From Parcubacteria bacterium GBS-2 (GTDB lineage Bacteria > Patescibacteriota > Minisyncoccia > Minisyncoccales > GBS-2): a DNA stretch of 21,917 nucleotides. Positions 16,701-21,917 of the stretch are shown piece by piece. The notes beneath the pieces are model-generated. The model ran no database searches, was not told the DNA's origin, and worked only from the letters and a program-made list of their open reading frames with translations. Location: contig LEKP01000007.1 of the NCBI GenBank assembly GCA_001443025.1, forward strand, positions 1 through 21,917. Direction: 5' to 3'. The translations under genes were made by a program, and so were the position numbers. Each line of letters begins with the position of its first letter. Positions within the stretch are counted from its first letter, which is position 1.

Positions 16701-17888
16701 ATCGCTCAAAAAATAATAATCAAAGTAATCATACATATCTTTTCTTGAGAAAGAAGAGTATAAAGGTTTTTGCCACTCTGGGAGACTCTTTCCTTCCGCA
16801 ACATACAAATGTCTAGTGAGATAGTCTGCTCCGTTTTTCTCAATTTTGAAATAAAAAGACCCCACCCCTAACCCTCTAATCAAAGAATACGTGTTATCAT
16901 CAGTTTCAAATTCAAATAATTTAAACCTTCTATCAAATTCCTTTTCCCCTAAAACTTTTTCTTTTAAGATTTTTTTAGCTTTTTTCTCATCGAGTTGAGA
17001 ACAGTAAGTACAATCTCCACCTCTTCCTTCTTTACAATTTTTACATTCTTCCTTTGCCTTTTCTATTGCCTCTTCCCATTCATCTATTCCTGTCTTTTCT
17101 TTTTTAAATTCCCAACCAAACTTAGCTGGCAATCTTAAAGCAGAGGGATTTTGTTCTTCGTTCTCTATCCTTCCTTCCCATTCTCTTTTTGGATTTATTG
17201 AACCACCGAAATAATGAGGATATTTCACCGGATCTAAACATTTCCCCCAACAAGTTACTTGTACGATGTCAAAGAAACGAGAGTCTCTGTACACGTGCCA
17301 ACAATCTTCTCCGCAATCTTCACTTCTAACTTGTCGAGAAGTATAGGCATAAAAATCGCCATATTCATCATCATCATCAAAAATCGGAGGGAACCAAACT
17401 ACTTCATCCACCTCAGGGCAGTCCCCTTCAGTACATTTAATTTTTGAATACGGATAATTTAAACTCCCCCCTGCTTTTTTAATTCTCTCTTTCTCTGTAG
17501 AGGTCAATTTGTCATACCTGTAAGTGCAAACTAACCAAGGAGTTTGGGAAGTATCGAAATTTTTTTTTGTTGGAGAAGAAGAGGACCAACTTCCACAACT
17601 CCACTCAGTACACCCTACACCACAAGTACAGCAACTGCGGGAACAACTTCTCGTTACCTCTCTTTCTAAAATTGTAATTACTCCACCACAAGCTCCTAAT
17701 GTGCACTTGTGTTGGATTACTGTTTGTTTTTCTGTTTCTGTCCAGCACACAACTGTACATCCTCCATTTCCTTCACCTCCATCACCTCCATCACCTCCTC
17801 CACCACCGTTTTCAGCAAAAACAAAGTGAGAATTGAGTAGGAATAGTGCAAAAGTGAAAAACAGTATTAGAAAAATTCTATTTTTCAT
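13761..17888 (-). CDS. Giant secreted cysteine-rich protein (1375 aa) with C-terminal pilin-like two-helix membrane domain
   Basis: Signal peptide MKNRIFLILFFTFALFLLNSHFVFA. Poly-Gly/Asp linker. About 60 Cys by manual count. The C-terminal ~75 aa form two hydrophobic helices around GSSEEIERAK and are similar to the 6729-7031 protein. Its start overlaps the rsmA stop. Confidence 0.75.
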   Translation of the reverse strand: MKNRIFLILFFTFALFLLNSHFVFAENGGGGGDGGDGGEGNGGCTVVCWTETEKQTVIQHKCTLGACGGVITILEREVTRSCSRSCCTCGVGCTEWSCGSWSSSSPTKKNFDTSQTPWLVCTYRYDKLTSTEKERIKKAGGSLNYPYSKIKCTEGDCPEVDEVVWFPPIFDDDDEYGDFYAYTSRQVRSEDCGEDCWHVYRDSRFFDIVQVTCWGKCLDPVKYPHYFGGSINPKREWEGRIENEEQNPSALRLPAKFGWEFKKEKTGIDEWEEAIEKAKEECKNCKEGRGGDCTYCSQLDEKKAKKILKEKVLGEKEFDRRFKLFEFETDDNTYSLIRGLGVGSFYFKIEKNGADYLTRHLYVAEGKSLPEWQKPLYSSFSRKDMYDYFDYYFLSDTKFYPREMRNYGFPGYFQHEGKNYYLYVYSPSQDSKRTYRWIEYKDPNENDLTKEVQLTKPGIQGPCKISPFQNYRLKVYPCCGLDPENCSPIAPTEPNETDWNFYTLGPEIKSILGIRIKEIATTSYDSKEIIKERGKIYRFIDVDWDRVWPSKVVREKFGLNSFYMWGVEFDQYDEGPDDNCQDLCGKNPELDLIALRGECHKLNNQGKREICEKCKRCKYKVDYVDVEWCSYPDSFVAPFYKGKEDQAFPLQSFFQEKPKQECENVTSTSLCQENPCNCYKYQKDGTETSACQSSLIVDKFFQYPTFRISTDTSASFPFSSFECALSPPYQTTTCIGAVPLGFYDKFENNKLVSTKRYKVEELEVVRDVYAEFGDYGSKKTYWVPFSLKTGTPWTPQPWWEEDKFSPIFSSFIPNSVIVGVPNKGSGLRWDFYITTLPKTHLCNYEQDSCFGEREDQYPVGYKMIKKSVKGYLAPEKEFDKENKRFGIYRTQALQLPRIERFLSVRLKIKDENEKSFVEYLPKSSTQSTSFNFKVWEFWNSLPPLNDAISRLKKEFTFYFYPCSDEMGFYCLSDHVDQKVKITGEPPQSPFKEEISGPPPPKKIKIPHYFNWDASLGAASYWIKFFKNENEVKTIFHPDLTQVAILKSNLWVDWLEEDTPYYWQVKTCADMCSKDDPSYLQCGEWSEKFGPVFGYYLDPPNQLLGSVQFLPNEEISLSWAPIPKGADCTHLKIFYKGGMFEKRKDCIEKAKSSFLVFDKILTKEDLAENGKYTLDNSLLPTSTEIIKDEKTGISTNVCLGNYYYQIQYCTGENCGKRKEECKPPAECETECKGKEDYGNCYLDCVDCYYSSECQEAGAWSYLASFEIVTKKYEKRESAQVGFGTCKNFIHCSNCTFADIPKVVANILNCILWTLSPIAVVFLLLYTGIRFYFSFGSSEEIERAKSIWKAVGIGWLIMLFSWTIINLIGKTLNLPGW

Positions 17889-18702
17889 TTTTGAAAGTTT
17901 TTGCTAATTTTTTCCAATCTTCCACAGATAAAGATTCCGCTCTTTGTGTAGGCAAAATTTTATTCTGTAAAAGCCAGGCCTTTACTTTATTTTTATCAAA
18001 GCCCAACGTTTTTGATAAGTTATTTATCAATTGTTTTCTAGGGCGAGAAAAACCTGCTTTTACGATTTTAAAAAACAAATCACGAAAGTGTGATTGATAA
18101 AATTTCTTTGTGGGGTTGATTTTTATTATCGCAGAATCAACCTTTGGAGGTGGCCAGAAAGATTTTTTTGAAACAAAAGAAATAATTTCTGGTTTTGCAT
18201 AAAACTGAACAGCAACCGCTAATAAACTCATTTTGGGAGGCTTTGCACAAATTCTCTGAGCAACCTCTTTTTGTACCATTAGCACAATAAGTTTTGGCTT
18301 ATTTTTAATTTCCAAAAGGTTTCTAATCAATCGCGAAGTCAAATAATAAGGAATATTTGCCACTACTTTGTAAGGGGTGGCCAATTTAAAAAAAGAAAGA
18401 AATTTTAAAATATTCTCGTTTACGATCTCCACATTTTCTATCCCTTCTTCCTTTAATCTTTCTTTTAAAATTTCAATCATTCTTTTGTCTTTTTCTACCG
18501 CAATTACTTTTTTTACTTTCTTTGCTAATTCAACGGTTAAATTCCCAATTCCAGGACCTATTTCTAGAACAAAGTCTCTTTTCGTAAGTTCAGCAGATTC
18601 TACGATTTTTTTCAATACTTTCTTGTCAATTAAAAAATTTTGTCCTAATCTTTTCAATGGATGGACTTGATATTTTCGCAAGATTTCCTTGACATTTGAC
18701 AT
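17878..18702 (-). CDS. rsmA: 16S rRNA (adenine1518/1519-N6)-dimethyltransferase
   Basis: 274 aa. LGQNFLID, SAM-binding VLEIGPGIGNLT, typical KsgA length. Confidence 0.9.
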   Translation of the reverse strand: MSNVKEILRKYQVHPLKRLGQNFLIDKKVLKKIVESAELTKRDFVLEIGPGIGNLTVELAKKVKKVIAVEKDKRMIEILKERLKEEGIENVEIVNENILKFLSFFKLATPYKVVANIPYYLTSRLIRNLLEIKNKPKLIVLMVQKEVAQRICAKPPKMSLLAVAVQFYAKPEIISFVSKKSFWPPPKVDSAIIKINPTKKFYQSHFRDLFFKIVKAGFSRPRKQLINNLSKTLGFDKNKVKAWLLQNKILPTQRAESLSVEDWKKLAKTFKNEK

Positions 18703-18732
18703 TTTTTAAAAAATTTAGGAAGCTGAATAATA

Positions 18733-19683
18733 ATGAGTAAAAAGAAAACCTTTTTGATTTTGATAGCCTTTTTCTTATTTTTACCTCTAATTTTTAGTTT
18801 AAGGAAAAAAGAAGTTAAAACAGAAAAGGAAGTTTACGTTGCTCCGCCCTTTGCTTCTTCGAAAACCTGGCAGAACCTTCCAGATTTTATTTTTATTGGG
18901 AACAATTTCTTAAAGTTTTCTCTACCACCCGCCTTTGTGAATGGAAAAACGTTGGCAGCGATTGTTGAGGATTCTGAACAGAGAAAAGAAATTCAAGAAT
19001 ATATTGTCGAAGATGGAGATACCCTTTCTTCAATTTCTCAAAAGTTCAAAATTTCAATTGAAACAATTGCATGGGCAAACAATCTTAGCAAAAGATCAAC
19101 TCTTAAGCCCGGCCAAAAGCTAATAATTTTGCCAGTCGATGGAATTTTGCACGAAGTCAAAGCAGGAGATACCATTTCTGAAATTGCAAAGAAATATCAA
19201 GCAAAGATTGAAGATATTATTTCTTTTAATGAGCTTGAAAGTCCAGATGATATTTATATTGGCGATATTTTAATCATTCCTGGTGGGAAAATGCCATCTC
19301 CAAAACCTACTCCGCAACCTTTGACTCCCCTAGCCCAGGGCTATTTCATTTGTCCAGTTGCTGGAGGTTGCAGAATTACTCAGGGGCTTCATTGGTACAA
19401 TGCAGTCGATTTTTCAAACGGAAAATGTGGAGAAGCAATTTTGGCAGCTGCAGGAGGAACTGTTTTGAAAGCAGGATGGAATAGGACAGCAGGAAACTAC
19501 ATTAAAATTTTGCATCCAAACGGAATAGTCACAATGTATGGTCATTTGCAAGCAATCTTTGTTTCTCCTGGAGAGAAAGTTTCTCAAGGGCAAATTATTG
19601 GAACAATGGGGGCAACTGGCAGGGCAACAGGTTGCCATTTACACTTTGACGTTTTCGGAGCAAAAAATCCTTTTGCTAAATAG
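18733..19683 (+). CDS. LysM-LysM-M23 family peptidoglycan endopeptidase
   Basis: N-terminal anchor or signal. Two LysM repeats (YIVEDGDTLSSISQKF..., HEVKAGDTISEIAKKY...). M23 core with HxxxD and HLH motifs (HWYNAVDF...GCHLHFDVF). Confidence 0.85.
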   Translation: MSKKKTFLILIAFFLFLPLIFSLRKKEVKTEKEVYVAPPFASSKTWQNLPDFIFIGNNFLKFSLPPAFVNGKTLAAIVEDSEQRKEIQEYIVEDGDTLSSISQKFKISIETIAWANNLSKRSTLKPGQKLIILPVDGILHEVKAGDTISEIAKKYQAKIEDIISFNELESPDDIYIGDILIIPGGKMPSPKPTPQPLTPLAQGYFICPVAGGCRITQGLHWYNAVDFSNGKCGEAILAAAGGTVLKAGWNRTAGNYIKILHPNGIVTMYGHLQAIFVSPGEKVSQGQIIGTMGATGRATGCHLHFDVFGAKNPFAK

Positions 19684-21190
19684 TTTCTTCTTTCACTCTA
19701 TAACTCAAAGCCTCAGACACATGATCGAATAAAATTTTTTCTTTTCCTTCTAAATCAGCGATTGTCCTGGCAACTTTTAAAATTCTATGGTACCCTCTCA
19801 CTGATAATTTCCCAGAGTCTACATATTTTCTCAACAAATTTTCAGATTTTGAGTCAATCTCACAATATTTTTTAATCTCTTGAATTTCCATTTCAGAATT
19901 TGTTTTATCCTTTTTAAACCTTTCTTTTTGAATTTTTCTTGCCAAGATTACCCTTTCTCTTACTTTCTCACTACTTTCTTCATCAGGAGCAACCAATTCT
20001 TCATATTTTACATTAGGAACATTGATTAAAAGGTCCATTCTGTCTATTAAAGGTCCAGAAAGTTTTCTTTGATAATTTCTGATTTGAGAAAGAGTGCATT
20101 TGCATTCCTTTTCTGGATCTCCATAATATCCGCAAGGGCAAGGGTTTGATGCTGCAACCAAAATAAACCTGGCTGGTAATTCTACAGAATGCCTTGCCCT
20201 AGAAATGATAATTTTTCCTTCTTCTATTGGTTGTCTCAAACTTTCCAAAACATCTCTGTGAAATTCCGGGAACTCATCTAAAAACAAAACTCCCCGATGA
20301 GCCAAAGTAATTTCTCCAGGCCTTGGCGGATTTCCACCGCCAATCAGAGCAGGTTCAGAACAAGTATGGTGGGGGGCTCTAAAGGGTCTTTTAGTGATTA
20401 AAGGATTTTCTTTTGGTAAAAGCCCAGCAATGCTATAGATTTTTGTAACTTCTAGAGATTCTTCAAAAGACAAAGGAGGCAAAATTGTTGGAATTGCCTT
20501 TACCAAAAGAGTTTTCCCAGCCCCAGGAGGACCGAGCATTAAAACGTTATGACCTCCTCCAGCACAAATTTCCAAAGCCCTTTTTGCAAATCTTTGTCCT
20601 TTAATAAAAGCAAAATCAATTTGATAATTCTCTCTTAAATTTTTAACATCAACTTTTTCAGGTTCAATCTTTTTTCTTTTCTCAAGATATTCAATCGCCT
20701 CTTTCAAAGAAGAAACCCCAATTGCTCTTACTCCTTCAATCAAAGCAGCTTCTTTTGCATTTTCTTTTGGCAAAATTATTTCAGAAAATCCTCTTTCCTT
20801 TGCCAAAATTGAAAAACAAATTGCCCCTTTTATTGGCCTCAATTTTCCATCTAATGCCAATTCTCCAAAAATTAACTTATACTTTGGATTAAAAAATATT
20901 TCTTTTTCTGCTAAAAGATAACCTAAAGCAATTGGCAAATCATAAATTGAACCTTCCTTTTTCAAATCAGCAGGAGCCAAAGAAACCAAAATCCTAACAG
21001 GCTTTTTAAAAGGAGATTTAAAACCAGAACTTTCGATTGCCGTCCCTACTCTTTCTCTTGATTCATTGATTGCCTTATCAGGAAGCCCAACGATTTCAAA
21101 ATGTCTTAGCCCATAGGAAGTTGAAACCTCAATTTCAATTACTCTTGCTTCCAATCCCAAAATTCCAGCAGAGAAAACCTTTGCTAACAT
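19676..21190 (-). CDS. comM: YifB/ComM family Mg-chelatase-like AAA+ ATPase
   Basis: 504 aa. N-terminal Lon-protease-like domain MLAKVFSAGILGLEARVIEIEV. Walker A GPPGAGKT. Walker B LFLDEFPEF. Typical C-terminus. Confidence 0.9.
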   Translation of the reverse strand: MLAKVFSAGILGLEARVIEIEVSTSYGLRHFEIVGLPDKAINESRERVGTAIESSGFKSPFKKPVRILVSLAPADLKKEGSIYDLPIALGYLLAEKEIFFNPKYKLIFGELALDGKLRPIKGAICFSILAKERGFSEIILPKENAKEAALIEGVRAIGVSSLKEAIEYLEKRKKIEPEKVDVKNLRENYQIDFAFIKGQRFAKRALEICAGGGHNVLMLGPPGAGKTLLVKAIPTILPPLSFEESLEVTKIYSIAGLLPKENPLITKRPFRAPHHTCSEPALIGGGNPPRPGEITLAHRGVLFLDEFPEFHRDVLESLRQPIEEGKIIISRARHSVELPARFILVAASNPCPCGYYGDPEKECKCTLSQIRNYQRKLSGPLIDRMDLLINVPNVKYEELVAPDEESSEKVRERVILARKIQKERFKKDKTNSEMEIQEIKKYCEIDSKSENLLRKYVDSGKLSVRGYHRILKVARTIADLEGKEKILFDHVSEALSYRVKEETI

Positions 21191-21414
21191 TCTTTCAGTA
21201 TATCAATAAAACAGTGAGCATTAAAACAAAGAGCAATAATGGCTCTTCAATCCCCAAAAATCTAATCTCTTACAGATTTTTGCCATGGCAAAATTATGTA
21301 AGAGAATTCGTGAATAAAATTTGGTACAATATTTTTCCAATTTATCAAAGCCAAAGAACAATTATGAGGTATTGACAAAGATTTCAAAAGAACACTAAAC
21401 TTAAATAAAGAAGC

Positions 21415-21672
21415 ATGATTTCCAAAAAATTTTTAAAAAAATCTTTAATTGGAGTTTTAATAGGAGTTTTTGTTGTTTTGGTAATTTCTGGAATATATTT
21501 TCTTCTCTCTCAAAAGAAATCTCAGCCAACTCAATTACCTTCTCCAAAAGAAGAAGTTAAAGAAAAAACTATCGAAGAAACTCTCCAAGATTTGACACCA
21601 AAAGAGCAACGACCTTTAACTGAAGAGGAAAAGAAAGAAATCGAAGAAGCTTTGAAAAATTTGACCCCCTGA
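21415..21672 (+). CDS. Small N-terminally anchored charged protein (85 aa), hypothetical
   Basis: One N-terminal TM helix then a Lys/Glu-rich tail. TGA stop, with in-frame sense continuation for 20 more codons to a TAA. Confidence 0.35.
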   Translation: MISKKFLKKSLIGVLIGVFVVLVISGIYFLLSQKKSQPTQLPSPKEEVKEKTIEETLQDLTPKEQRPLTEEEKKEIEEALKNLTP

Positions 21673-21917
21673 AATGCAAAAACCAAAGACTCTGAAGAAA
21701 TAGAAGAACTTTTAAATAAATCAATCCAGTAAAGGTCAAAATTGGGATAAAACACGGAGCAAATAGAGAAACTTATAATAGCGTCACAATGTTGACGTCT
21801 GACATCAACATAGGGGTCAATTCCAATAATTTTGCTTTTTATTTATTGATTAAAATTTCCTATAATTCCAAAAAGGCAAATAAAGGTTGGAAAAATTAAT
21901 AAACAATGAACAATATG

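Noticed and set aside
14102-17829. Several 60-107-aa plus-strand ORFs inside the giant protein gene
   Set aside because: Antisense to one uninterrupted 1375-aa ORF. Low-complexity translations such as NNNNQHNLNNN and PSPPSPPPPP mirror the Gly/Cys-rich sense strand.
17891-18670. 68-aa and 97-aa plus-strand ORFs inside rsmA
   Set aside because: Antisense to a highly conserved methyltransferase CDS.
18941-19732. Three 60-74-aa ORFs overlapping the M23 peptidase gene
   Set aside because: Embedded in or antisense to a CDS with clear LysM and M23 motifs.
21070-21375. 101-aa plus-strand ORF spanning the comM 5' end and the intergenic region
   Set aside because: Antisense to the comM start and runs through the promoter region. 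No motifs.
21531-21755. 74-aa minus-strand ORF overlapping the small membrane-protein gene
   Set aside because: Antisense overlap with a Ser-rich low-complexity translation.
1-21917. Possibility of an alternative genetic code (UGA read as sense, as in some CPR lineages)
   Set aside because: The long genes (1375, 733, 663, 598, 504 aa) are intact under the standard code, and most genes terminate with TAA. There is no evidence for recoding beyond the single TGA case at 21670.
1-21917. CRISPR arrays, tRNA/rRNA genes, transposases or integrases
   Set aside because: I saw no direct-repeat/spacer periodicity, no cloverleaf-like GC-rich 75-90-nt segments in the intergenic regions, and no DDE or tyrosine-recombinase-like ORFs.

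Overview
This window is AT-rich and densely packed: overlapping start/stop codons, TAA stops, a short 206-aa YidC. It reads like the replication-origin neighbourhood of a small-genome bacterium, and is CPR/Patescibacteria-like by inference. The housekeeping core is: the 3' end of yebC, a class A PBP, dnaN and dnaA on the minus strand, then divergently rpmH-rnpA-yidC-jag. rpmH is missing from the ORF track but was found by hand. Further on are rsmA, a LysM-LysM-M23 peptidase, comM and a small membrane protein. A roughly 11-kb minus-strand block (6729-17888) sits between jag and rsmA. It looks like a Gram-positive-type type IV secretion or conjugation-like apparatus. It has a PrgI/VirB3-like protein, a VirB4-family ATPase split into two translationally coupled ORFs, a VirB6/TcpH-like polytopic membrane protein, and a signal-peptide-bearing two-helix pilin-like protein. 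A 1375-aa secreted protein with about 60 cysteines ends in a domain that aligns without gaps to the stand-alone pilin-like protein. No relaxase or coupling ATPase is visible in the window. An SPFH-like gene with a textbook sigma70 promoter sits in opposite orientation inside this block. Upstream of the PBP there is a near-consensus promoter, an 18-codon poly-Glu mini-ORF, and a GC-rich hairpin whose arms are CCUCC/GGAGG, which would sequester the Shine-Dalgarno. I found no tRNA, rRNA, CRISPR or transposase signatures.
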